From: Amphiscolops sp. MND2022
Taxonomy: Eukaryota
Assembly (NCBI GenBank): GCA_964187785.1
Contig: OZ076409.1
Coordinates: 18,912,001 to 18,976,000, forward strand
Direction: 5' to 3'
Length of the DNA: 64,000 nucleotides
The notes beneath the pieces were generated by a model. It ran no database searches. It was not told the DNA's origin and saw only the letters and a list, made by a program, of their open reading frames with translations. The translations under genes and the position numbers were made by a program. Below are positions 1-11,879 of the stretch, piece after piece. The first letter of the stretch is position 1. The number at the start of each line of letters is the position of its first letter.

Positions 1-290
1 CAGTTCGTCATTTTGAACTGATTTTGTCTGTTTCTCAGATCCTAGTCATACGATTTTGATGTCATTGAACACATAGAACCCTAATAGGGTGCAGAATGAT
101 TGTGAAAATTTCGTTTGAATCGCATGGAGAGTTTTTTTAGAAAATAGAAAAAAGCCCAAAAATTGCCGTTTTTTGGTACTTTTTGGACTAATTTTGGTTG
201 TTTCTCAGCGCCCAATAATACGAGTATGATGTGATTGCGCACGCAGGAACACCTTTAGGTGTAATTTGACTGTGCTAAATTTTGTTTAAA
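1..290 (+). repeat. ~175-bp tandem-unit repeat; related copy at ~4860-5150
   Basis: ggactaattttgg.tgtttctcag...gatgtcattgcacat anchors at ~15, 185, 4875 and 5045. Confidence 0.75.
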
Positions 291-2198
291 AAGTATGGAC
301 AGTATAAAATAATGCATAAAACTGACTGAATTCACCAGGGTTTCAGAATTCAAATTGGTCCCTTCAGGGCTCATTATTATTCCCGTAAAAAACTTCAAAC
401 AAATTTCAAAAAGTTCATCAATCGTTTTCATATATATTTTTGCTATAAAATCATTCAAAAACCTTTTCAAAAGTTGATCTTTTACTTCCGAACAGAATTG
501 TCAAACAATATATAATTTTGAATGTTTCGAACGAAGTGCAAGAAATAATCCACTTGAGCTCATTGCTGTCCTTTTAATTTTTTGATATGATTGTCATACG
601 GATGTCATACGTAGGAAGCTAAAAAATTGCATACGCTATCTATCATCAACGGATTTCGACAGAAATTCAAACTGTCGATATTGATATTACCACACAGCAA
701 CCCACAATAACGACCTCCCTCAAAAATGAACTTTGTTTTAGTCAATCATCATTTGCCTTCTGACGTTAGCCAAAGACAAAAACATCATTTACCGTACAGA
801 GGGTATGATCAAACATTACGAAAGGATAATTCCAAGACTTAGTTTGGACTGCCTACTATCCAATGTTGATCAATTGTGCGGTATTTGGACTTGATATCAA
901 ACTTACTGTTGAAACAAAAATGTTCTTTTTTTTGCTTTGAAAAATTTGAAAAAAATAAAAAAACTATGAAACATTTTTCAACACAGCAAAATCCCAAACA
1001 ATCACAATTTTCAAATTATTTCCCGCAATAGTGCCCTCCAAAAAACTTCGCTAAACGTCACTTTTAAACGACGTGTAACTTCTGAAAAGTCAGCTGGTGC
1101 ATATGGGCGTTTGAAAAAATTGGCCTTCTTAGAAGTCACAAATGTTTCTGCAGCAGCAAAAAATTCCAAAGTTCCGGAAAGTTCGTCAATTTTCCACTGA
1201 AATTTTTAGAAGTTTCGAGGTGTAAATCTTTCAATGCGAAACGTTATATAAAAAAACATGTTTTCAATTTTGAAATTTTTTGAAGGTTATGAAGCTACAA
1301 AATTTATTAATTTTGACAGAGCATCCAATCTTTGGAGAATATTTTTTGGTAATTAAACGAAAAAATACTACTGAAAATTATCAACGATCTGTTTTCTTCT
1401 TATTTGTGGAATTCCTAACTTAGCGAAAGTTCAAATCGTCGAAAGAGAAAAATTGATCTCAAGCATCAATGTTTGATAATCGCGATTTCTGATTTGTCGA
1501 ATTTCAAAATCGAATTGAATTCAGTCATTTGAAGAGGCGCATCGCAAATTGCAGACTATTATTTGGAAGTAGTCACATAGATTCATATATCGATATGTCA
1601 CTGCTACTCCAGATGTTGATTTCAACAAAGGAGGGAAGAATGCAGAGACATACAACCAGCATTTACACACTGGTAGCAAAAAGCGATGTACAGCTGAAAA
1701 TTAAATCTTATTCAGTTTGTCAAGAACATTTCATTTCATTACAGTGCATCTGCAAGATAAATCGCCATAGACACTTTTCTGTGCGTGTATGTCCTCCGAT
1801 TCCGCAGACATGTCTTGAAGCGTGTAAAATCGGCAATTTAGCACTGATTTTGCGGAATCCACACCACGAAAATCTGCGTTTTTCGGAATCCGAGGGCATG
1901 GGTTAATACGTTAGCAGGTTTCAAATTGCGGAAACTGGGACCAAAAATATGCCGACAAATGCCGACTAGATGCCGCCAAATTCGTGTCTTGGATTCCACA
2001 AAGTGCATTATAGCCAATCAGATGGCTGTAAATTTTAGCGTCTTAGTTTCCACTTACGTTTTAAATAACCGAAATCAAATTTAATACGCCAGAGGGTAAA
2101 TACAAAGTCAATTACCACAAACAAGTTACAATCAATGTCTCCCTTTCCGTAAAACTGTCGGCTTCTCTTCCTTTCATCTTTATATTGGTGATAATTAC

Positions 2199-2293
2199 TT
2201 ACATTTTAAAAGAAAGATTGACTTCCTTTCTGGTTAAGAATGAAAGTTTCATTCTTAACCAGAAAGGAAATCAATAATTCTTTTAAAATGTAA
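2199..2293. repeat. 95-bp near-perfect inverted repeat (hairpin)
   Basis: ttacattttaaaagaa...ttcttttaaaatgtaa centred on 2246, with a few mismatches. Confidence 0.9.
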
Positions 2294-3099
2294 AAATTCA
2301 ACAAAAATTGTTGAAAATGCTCAATTAGTTGAATTCAGACGTTGTTTGCAAAACCGTTGGACTTCGCGAATTAGGTTTATCTTGATTAAGAAGTAGGAGA
2401 AAAGTTGTGAATAAAGTCTCGATCGACAACTCATACAGCCTATTAGCACTTTTTGAGAACAAATGCTTTTGCGGCGAAAAAACGTCCAGGCCAATCAGAA
2501 AACTCAGCAAAAAAGAGCAAAGACTACATGTACGAAGAGTGGAAAGGGACCCAAAAACAACATAAAACATAAGACCGAACAAGAGTATTGCAAAACAGTT
2601 TTTCAACGGGAAAGACGGTTTCAAAATGTACTATTCGAAGACATTTGAAAGAAATGGACTTTTTCTAGAAGACCAGCAAACGAAACAACTTGAGAAGAAA
2701 AAACAAAAACTGATCCGAAAACATTGGTGCTCGAGAGTGCCGAGAAATCCTTGGTTTTCAATTTTTGCTCAAAGATGAAATGAAAAAAAAACGAAACACT
2801 TTTGGAAAAAAATTCATTGGCAAAAAGTTTTTAAATTGCCGATAAACTCAGAACGAAATCAAAAGTTAAATCACCAAGGAAAATTCATTTAGTCCAATGA
2901 AAAAACTGACATTCACAATGGCAAACCCTTTCGTCGTCAAAAAACGAGCTCCCATTTTTTGATCAATATTTCTAGACTTCTCGCGAGTTTCCCCCAAGGA
3001 AAAGTAATGCAACCAGAGTGTACTTTCAGGATCTGTTGCCATTAAGCACTGAATAAAACCTTTGGTTTTTCGGCACTGTGAGATTTTTGCTTCCGTGAG

Positions 3100-3560
3100 A
3101 TTCACGTAAAAAAATTCGAACGTTAAACTTCAACAAGACCTAAAATCTTCAATGTTATTTTTTCACTGGGAGTTTAGCATTTTCGTTCAGAGTTTTGGCT
3201 GGGTGGAAACTAAGCTTCTGGGATAACGTTGTATTCTCAGACAAAACCCATGTGCGCTTGAATAGTGACGGCGCTGTGCTGCTGTTTAGGCAGAATTTTA
3301 GTCGCTTTGCCCAAAAAACACCTACGGACGAAGCACAGACAAGAGATCTATGGTGTTTTGGGAGCCATCAGATCAGATGGCAAGAAAATGCCGCTTAAAT
3401 GTCCAGCAACACTTATCAGTTCGGTATAATTGGAGAATTTAAAACAATGCGATCGACATTTGAATTAACCGGACTTGGTGTTCCAGCAAAAAACATATCT
3501 TTTTAACAATATTGCAGCTTAAGCAAGTTTTTTTAATGAAATGCAAGTTGAAACTTCTCA
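3100..3560 (+). pseudogene. Tc1/mariner-type transposase remnant (boundaries approximate)
   Basis: WDNVVFSD(K) motif, frameshifted 'MVLGAIRSDG' and 'LVFQQ' segments, typical of Tc1 DD34E transposases. Confidence 0.7.
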
Positions 3561-4361
3561 AAACAATTTCCGTGAACTGAAGTTTTTTTCAGAGCTCACA
3601 ATGAAATTTGCGGTGAAAGAGTTTGAGAACTAAACAGCTTCAATTTGAGTTTTTTCTCATTTCAAAAAGACTTGTTTTTCAACATCTTACTAAATACATG
3701 TAGAATTAAAATTGGAGGTTTATTGTATAAATAGCTCCTTGTCAGTTGGTGGTCTTTCTCTTTGCGTAATTGTTATAATTTACCTTTTTTGGTGCAATTG
3801 GCAATGAGGACCAATTTAGAACCATTTGACCATGATGGTTTTACGTAACTCTTTCTGAATAATTGATGTTTCAGACACATAATCAATGACTGACATGATT
3901 TTAAACTGTCTCCAAAACAATTATTGCATCATTTACGGCTCAAGAAACAATATCATCAAACTAAAGTATAAAAGTAATGATTAAAACATCATTCAATTTT
4001 TTCGTTTTGTTTGATTAATTTGAAATCTTGTATTTTTTATTGAGAATTTTCAGTACTGTCAAAAAATGGTACTCAAATTTTGGTTTTCATTTCATTTTTA
4101 ATTCTGCTTTGTTTTCGAAATGATTCGCAAATCTGTTCAAACGACAATATTTTTGAATTATGTGAATCATGCGCTGCTTGGTAAATTCCTCTTTCAGAGA
4201 AAAAAGCAATTTCTCAAAATTTTGAATGATGATTCAAAAGAATGAAATGGTTTTTGGCTTAGAGGCTTCTCCGATGGATAGTTTTCTTCCAAGATGAATA
4301 GTGAGAATGATAACCAGAGCCGCATGTGCGGTAACGGAGTCGGAAATGGATTAAAATATTG

Positions 4362-4839
4362 AACAAGACGAGAACGTCTAAAGTCGGCGCTATATCTAAG
4401 GCTCAAAAAGCGCAAAACATTTTTTTTGGCAAAAAACTTGAAATTTTCGAAAATTTTTCTCTTTCGGAAAATGTCGCACAGTGCCTAAAAATGTAAAAGG
4501 GGGACCTTTTTTGATTTATAAACATGCATTCTGTTGCAAAATAACAAAAAACTCAAAGGGGGGACCCTTTGGGGACATTAAAAAATTTCGAAAAAAAATC
4601 CCACAGTGCCGAAAAAAAAATCGAAAGGGGGACCCTTTAGTCCCGTCCGGGCTTGTAGGTAACGTTTAAAAAGTGAATGAATGCGCTCCTTATTTGCCTT
4701 TACCGGTCCAGTAGTTTAGTACTGTATTTAGTAGTTGAACGTTAATTTCAACGTTCGTCGCTTCGAGTCTGTCTTAAATAAAAAAAACGAGTGACTGTAA
4801 TAGTCGGGCTCTTTTCTTAAGAAAAGCGCCGACTAAAAA
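4362..4839 (-). mobile_element. Helentron/DINE-1-like non-autonomous element (HINE-like)
   Basis: TTTTTAGTCGGCGCT 5' end with hairpin, AGCGCCGACT subterminal inverted repeat, small stem-loop plus CTTGTT 3' end, internal gggggaccc core repeats. Confidence 0.7.
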
Positions 4840-5462
4840 CAAATTACGTACTTTATTGTCATTTGGTCATTTATGGACTAATTTTGGCTGTTTCTCAGAT
4901 TCCAGTCATATACGACTTTGATGTCATTGCACATATAGGACCCTAATATGGTGAAGAATGATTGTAAAAAATTTCGATCGAACCGTATGAACAGTTTTTG
5001 AGAAAATCTAAAAAGTCCAAACTGGCCCTGTTTGGTCATTTTTGGGCTAATTTTGGCTTATCTTCCTAAGAACCCAGTGATATGAATCTGATGCCTTTAG
5101 GCGTAGAATGACTGTGCTAAATTTTGTAAAAATCGGATGGAAACTGTTTGAGAAATTTGAAATTTTCATTGAAAGGTTGTGAGAAAAAAGGAACGATTGC
5201 ATAAAGTCTAATTTTTTTCCGACTTCTAAAAAGCACTTCCTTTCAAAAGACAACTTGAAGATATCTAAAATCTCAAACCTTACATTCTTCATGTAACCTC
5301 AGAAAAGAATTTTTATTTTCTATTTTTTCTTCCATCTGAATCCGTGTTTGCCAAAAAAGTGCTCCTCCCTGTGAGAACAATTGAAGTTATGGAAAGTGGA
5401 GTGTGAGGGGATTGTGGGGGGGGGGGGCTCTTGATTGCTCTTGGGGGTTCATCTCAACCTAC

Positions 5463-5651
5463 CCCTGTTTTCGAGGGACGTTGTCATGAGGATAGAGAAA
5501 CAAAAGCCCAGATTGGGGATAACGCAGAGTAGGGAGACCACCGTGGGTCCCAGGGAGTCGTAGAAGCTGTTGGGGTTTCCAGGGTCCAGGAACAGGTAAG
5601 GGAAGTAGGTGAAAAACCAGATCACTCCCGTCATCACAGCCGCTGTGTTGG
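5463..5651 (-). CDS. ABCA transporter coding exon 7 (ANTAAVMTGVIWFFTYFPY...SLENR); the gene continues leftward, probably beyond the window
   Basis: ABCA TM motif 'AN.AA...G.I.F.TY.PY'. cag/gtagg boundaries, 189 nt, phase 1->1. Confidence 0.92.
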
Positions 5652-5878
5652 CTGGAAGAGAAAACGAAAGCGAAAAATACTCACAGCAAGATTTCCAGTT
5701 TCTTGTAAATTTCTGGAAAATTTTTCCAACTTGTTGAAATGTTTCCAACTTCAATTTTTCCAGTTTCCAGAAAATTAAGAAAACAGTTAAGAAAACTGAA
5801 AACTGGCAGTTCAGAAGCTGGCCGTATATAATCAAATGTTCCTAGTTCAATGATGATGCATCGAAGGAGAAAAAAACA

Positions 5879-6251
5879 GGTGTCAGGACATTTCATCCTT
5901 TACAATTTCAACTTCCTGCAATTTCGACCTAAACTATTCTTGGTCAATGGATCCTATTAGGTTCATAATTACTTTAGCTGGTGTTCATTTTCATACCTTT
6001 CTAAATTCAAATGTGCTAATTTTATGCCAGTTTTGATACGTTTTGGCATTTTCATGAATAATTACAATTAATTCAGCCTGTTTGATTCCTCACTTACTAT
6101 TGTACTGAAATAATAACTCGACAGAATCAGGACTAATTAGCCAAAATTAGTTTACGTCGAAATTGCGAAAAGTGAAAATGCAATAGGTTAAATTTGTCAG
6201 CGGCTGAAATTGCATAGGTTGAAATTGCAAAGGACGAAATGTGATGTAACC
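5879..6251 (+). mobile_element. MITE with ttcaacc/ggttgaa-rich inverted arms (ABCA intron 6)
   Basis: Reverse-complement homolog of 53300-53671; ends ggtgtcaggacatttc and gaaatgtgatgtaacc. Confidence 0.7.
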
Positions 6252-6274
6252 GCTGGGACTAGTTTTGAGCTCAC

Positions 6275-6519
6275 CAGACGAGAAAAGAGTTGAAAGGAAA
6301 AAGCAGCAAGTGAGAGTCTGGAAAGAGTAGACGAGGAAAATGAGGAAAATTCCTCCGAAGCTGGACTTTTGGAAGATGGCTCCCTGGTTCACAATCTTCG
6401 TGGTTAGCAGAATGGTCTTGAGTAGACAGATCAAAACGAATATAATTGCGAAATGCAGAATCCATGCAAAGTTGTGGGTCCACGGTTGCAAACCCATCAT
6501 CTTCATCGATTCCTTCAAC
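6275..6519 (-). CDS. ABCA transporter coding exon 6 (RLKESMKMMGL...FFLSTLFSS)
   Basis: ABCA signature EKE.RLKE.M..MGL followed by TM segments. tag/gtgag boundaries, 245 nt, phase 2->1. Confidence 0.95.
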
Positions 6520-6694
6520 CTAAAATGCAAATAGGTTAGTGTGAATGATGTTCAATGAGGTCTAAGTTTGATTCGGAATTCAGACGACGGAAAACTGTGG
6601 AGCGTTCTTTGTATACTTGGTAAGAAGCAATGATAGATATAAAGAATCTACAGTAGTGATTTTAGAAGCAACATAGCACGCGGAAACAGCTATA

Positions 6695-7630
6695 AGACGG
6701 AAACGTCTAAACTCGGCGCTATATCTAACGCACAAATAGCGCAGTTTTTAAGATATGCGTAGGATGTTTTCATGAAAAACTCCTGTTTTCGAACATCCGC
6801 TTCCTCCTTACTAAGACGCCATATAGTTCAGATATAACGTCAAAAGTTCGAATATAGCCCTTCACTCCGGATATTGCGAGGGGGGACTTCAATAAAATCG
6901 AACAAAAAAATTCGAAAAAAAAGTCTCACAGTGCCGTAAATAACTGGAAGGTACTGGGACCCTTTAGTCTCGTCCGGTTTTGTATGTTACGTTTAAAAAG
7001 TAAAAAATGAAAGGGGTCCTTTGCTGTAACTTAGATTCGTTTCCGAGGTATTCATTTAGTTGAACAAACTGAACAACAATTTCGTCGTATTCGAGTCTGT
7101 CTTGAAGGAAACAAGCCGGGAACGGCATCAGTTGGCGCTTAAATCTAAGGTTCAAAGACAGCGAAAAGACATCAAAGTGTCATAAAACTCAAAATATCAA
7201 ACTCACAAAAAAGTATCAAGCACTTTCGAAAAACCCAAACGACCGAACTGGCGCGCCGGGTGACAGTTAGCGCGGGCACCTGGCGCGCTAAAGGGGGGCA
7301 CTTTTGGAATTCTCAACATCCATTCTGTCGCAAAACATCAAAATATTGAAGTGGGGATCCTTAGGAGCGGAAAAAACTGAAATTTAGTCTCGCTCGGTAT
7401 TGTATGTAACGCGGAAAAAAAACGTGTTTGGCTCAGCGACAGTCAACCCAAACACATACACACCTTCAGCATAGTCAATGAACTAAATCCAATCGTGAGG
7501 CCAAATGGTTCAATTTGACACCATAAAATTTCGTAGAGATTTTATAGAACTATTTTGTTCAGATCGTGGGGATTGAAAACAAGCCGAAATCGGCATAAGC
7601 CGGCGCCATATCTAAAGCTCAAAAATAGCA
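6695..7630 (-). mobile_element. Cluster of partial or nested copies of the same HINE-like family
   Basis: Family end motifs at ~6695, 7110 and 7578 (aacaagccg...ggcgc..tatctaa.gctcaaa). Confidence 0.65.
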
Positions 7631-8211
7631 GAAACTACTCTGATGTACTCTTCGCTTTCCAAATAGCACGCTGAAGAAAAGGCCAGTTTCAGTTCACATT
7701 GTGAATGAAATCAATTCGCATTAAGATGGTGGTAAAATCCTAATTGCATTTAAACATAAAACTAATTCATGAAACCTACAAAACGTCACGGCTTCAAATT
7801 GCCGCCACATTTAGATGCTTCTTTCAAGCAGCTTGATAAAAATCGGTCACAACATGGAAATATTGTTGCCGTAGGAGATTTGAAATCATTTTTTAAAAAG
7901 TATAACATTTTTGAAAAAAAGGCTTTTCGTTTCCTATTTGATCTCTTTCTTTCTTTGATTAATAAACTTTATTTAAAATATTAACTGAAAAGGAAATGAA
8001 AATTCGAACAGCAGATATTTTTGAAACAAAGATTCTGGATATAATCAACGTCAGCGGAACAACCAGCGGTGTTTCTTATATTCCAACATTCTTATATAAG
8101 GGTTTAAAAAGGAACTAAATTGGCAGTGGGGGTCAAGATCCACATTGACTATAGGCGGGTACTTTTTATAAGCGTGTTTCTTATATCCAGGATGCACTGC
8201 TGAAATATTAC

Positions 8212-8461
8212 CTTCGTTCCTTCTCCAACACGAGTTGTTTCACTACCATGAGCACGAGCGAGATCATGGCTATGACGAATACAAAAGGTAGCAGTGTGTT
8301 GATAAAAGCACTATACTGGTTCTCTTTGTAAGGCGGGTACGGCATCCTCTGCATTTGAATCAACTCTGTGCTGTCATCGAAATTGTACGGGTTAGCCCCT
8401 GCACCTATGATTCCCAGGTTCAAAACCAGCTGTAGAGTCATGAATCCTTCCTCGTAGTAGC
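8212..8461 (-). CDS. ABCA transporter coding exon 5 (GYYEEGFMTLQ...MQRMPYPPY...LVLEKER)
   Basis: ABCA motifs GY..EGF..LQ, QRMPYPPY and V.EKE. tag/gtaat boundaries, 250 nt, phase 1->2. Confidence 0.95.
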
Positions 8462-9360
8462 CTATTAAGCAAAGTTTATCTTCATTCATTTGGCTATTAC
8501 AAGTCAATTACGAACCTAATTTTGTTTTAATGCAGAACTTGCGAGTAGTCAAGAATATGCATCTGTTACGTCACGGTTTTGTCGCCTGAACACATTTGGA
8601 GAACATTACTTTTACGTTCTGACATTTCAGTGGACTTGAATTTTTGGCGAAATAACCCAAAGTTTTCAAAGACTGCCAAAGGTAGTTAGTTCCCTGGTAG
8701 TTTTGTCATAGTGGAAACTGCCTCGGCCGACAAGTAACGAAAAGTTTTCAATTCTTTTACCGTCACATGATTCTGGTGGAATAAGATCTAATATCATTGC
8801 AATTTGTTGAAATGAAAATTTAATTCACTATCACAGTGAATGATTCGATTTCAGATCGTATTCCAGTGGTTTTGGATCTTATTCGAATAATTTTGCAAAC
8901 TATTGCTGAATTTTTAGATCTTGATGCAGTTATTTTGTCGGTTCTCTGAATGGTTGGGAAATCGTATGCGACTTACAAACTTTGTCTCATCTTGTGTTTC
9001 AAGCTAGTTGTTTATTCTTGGAGCTTTGTCATGACTTTTATTTTTAAACAAACTAGTGATAATAAAAAACGTCCCAACAAATTTCATTAGATTGACTTTG
9101 TCCTTCTACTTTCAGTATTACAATTTTTAAAACCAGTGTTTCTTATATTTATTATTGAAACCAAGTCTTTAAAAAATCTGTCATGTTCTTCATCGCTTGT
9201 TCTTGAATTAGGTTTTTCAAGGTATATTCAAATCATTGATTAATCATTTTTCCATATTTTGAGATATCATGATTTAAGCAGATGAGTTTAAAGTTTTCCA
9301 GTTTGTGGTTATGTTCACAGAATGTTTTTTATGTAAACGGTTAGGAAACGCATAATGTTC

Positions 9361-10133
9361 TGTAACGGCAAGCTCTGGTACAGCAATATCAACCGATTTT
9401 GCAACTTTGACATGTTCAGAAATTTTGTCAAAAATTCTAATCCGATGTGTGACGTGGCACTGAGCATGTGATTGCTCTTTTCGCTGTTTCCACGAAATTG
9501 GCAGGTACTTCGACAACAAAGAGCAAGAACGAGCAAAAACACAGGCGCGCCGCCATGAAAGAAGCCAGAGACGGCAAGAACATCCGAAAATAGACTCTAT
9601 TTGAGGTGCTAACACAGGTTTTATCGATTTTCAGCATTATGCTACCCTATGTAGCGGAAACCGTAAAAATGAGTCTTTTCGCCTAAAGATCCTTGTTTGG
9701 TGCTTGGAGCCCCTGCGCCCCAGCTTTTTAGCTGTGTGGTTTGCCATATTCGTGCCTGTTTTCATGTGTTTTCAGTGATTTTGGCTGTATTCAGTAGCGC
9801 TAGCGCTAGTTTAGATCTTTTTCCCCAGTTTTAGATCTTATTCACATGTCACCCTGGAACTGGAAATTTACCTTATTCTTGGCATTGTTTTTATATGCTA
9901 GTTAAGCGGTGGTCTTTAGAGAGTCAGAAAGATGCCCGTTACTATTAGCAATCAAAGACTAGGACCGGTTGGACAGTATTCGTCGAAGCACCCGCGGCCC
10001 CGGGACGTATTTCACCCCTGGAGGCAAAATGGATCTGTGGCGATGGGCGCCTGTCCCGAGCGATTATCCCATTCCTGCAGGTTCCTCCACCTCTGTTAAC
10101 GTGTTAAGCGACCGATAACAGCTTGCCGTTACA
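9361..10133 (+). repeat. 5' LTR (773 bp)
   Basis: Direct repeat of 24795-25567. Perfect 14-bp terminal inverted repeat tgtaacggcaagct...agcttgccgttaca. Confidence 0.97.
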
Positions 10134-10148
10134 TGAGACCTCATTTTT

Positions 10149-10166
10149 TGGCGACCACAGAGGGAT
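10149..10166 (+). promoter_or_regulatory. Primer binding site, tRNA-Arg(UCG)-like (TGGCGACCACAGAGGGAT)
   Basis: Near-complement of the metazoan tRNA-Arg(UCG) 3' end ...TCCCTTCGTGGTCGCCA (recalled, not searched). Confidence 0.75.
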
Positions 10167-11879
10167 CGCTTCCGATTACTGCCCTATTATATGGTTTTGA
10201 AATTTCCGACCCCCTGGTATTGGACGCCAAGAACGATTGGACTCTGGAAGGGGACGTTTACCCAGAGTTTTTCCAAACTGTTTAGATGATATGACGTTAT
10301 ATTTTGGTATTTTTCCTGTATTTCGGGGGATTTTTCCGAGTACCTTTGGTATGTTTTGATAACAGGTATTTGTTGACAGGTATCGTCTAAAATTGTAAGG
10401 TTCCCATCAGCGGGTCCTCTTTTCAGAAGCGTAGTGGACAGTAGCACGTCGCTACTGGTGTTTAACAGGTTTTTCTAGCTGTTTTCAGTGATTTGCGCTT
10501 ATGTACGAGAGGTGAAGTTGATGGTTGAACCATATTCCATCCTGATATGATAGATGACGCTGATAGATGAGCTGAAACGAGTGTTCCCGACTCTCCTTTC
10601 CCATTTCTCGTGGAGACGTGCTAGAGGGATGGTTTTTGGTGAAAGGTAGAACAAGTGCTGACGTTGCCGACGGTCCAAACTGTTTCTCTCTAGCTGGTCT
10701 GGGTGTTGAGAAAAAAGACGACGAAAGTACCACCCCTCATTCCAGAAGTATCAGTTTTTCGGAGTATGGTATGAAAAAATTATTAGATTGTGTACTTTTA
10801 TGACGGGGAATCATTTGTGCATGCTAGTTTTACCCTGTTGCAACTAAGTGTGTGCTTTTGCACCTGTTTTCACTGAAAAAAGTGTGATTTTTAGTGCAAA
10901 AGTCGCAAAAACGTGATTTTTGGCATTTTTGAGTACTTTTATTGGTACGAGCGCGAGCGCTCGAAGTATTAGCCACAGTAGTTGCAAAAACAAATAGAAA
11001 GCAGCCCAAAGCCTTGAGGGTCATGCTACATGATGTAACGACAACCAGAAAGGCCGTTGGAGACCTTTTTGAGACACATTTTGCATGAAAAAACCCGGTT
11101 TTTGGCGAAATTGGCAAAAAACCACTACGAAATGCCACTGGGAGAGTGCTGGATTGTGATGTAATTGCCTCTTCCGTGCTGCTATTAGTTTGGGGCACAC
11201 TTCACAGTACCGAAAATAGGATTTAAGAGAGTTTGTAACGTTTTCTTGGTGAGAACAGGTCGAAAAACCTTGATTTTTGGCCAGTTTCAGGAGTGCCAGA
11301 GTGCATCATTAAAACCTCTGGGGCACTCAGTGTTTTCGAGGCTTGGGAGCCCGCGCGCTCTCATTTTCTGTTTTTATAGTAAAAATAACGCATTGTGGTG
11401 AAAACCGCGTGCAAAAACTCCCATTCAGTGCTGAGAAAAGTGGAGAAACGCACTGAATTTGATCAATTTTCCACACAACCGGACTGTCTCTGAGCTAGGG
11501 TCGGGTCATCGATTCCTGAACCCTAGCCAAAAAGTGGTTGCATTTTCGTAACCACCACAAAAATTAACGTTAGTGCCGAAAATTTGGTGGGCGTATCGGT
11601 CACCAAAGTCGAGAAAAGCTCTCTGACGTTTCGACTTCAGAGAAGCGTCAGAGAATCGAAAGAATCCAAAACTGCAGGACAGTCAGTGCCTTATACCCAA
11701 CGGGCACGACCAATTGAGGGTTTATCCCAGTGCTACAGATAGTGGGACACCACGTTGGTCCCATTTTGCCCGCCGTATCACTTTCTGAGGTGATCCTCTT
11801 GGTCAATTTGTGAAAAAAGTTGTCGAAAACAGTGTTTTTTCGTGTACAACGTACATAGTAGGTCGAAACCTCAAATAAG

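Noticed and set aside
9274..9637. Duplicated short minus-strand ORFs (also 24740-25071)
   Set aside because: They recur only because they lie in the two LTRs; no coding evidence.
10187..11198. Minus-strand ORFs in the Gypsy leader as an antisense accessory gene
   Set aside because: Short, non-ATG starts, no recognisable domain and no consistent splice chain found.
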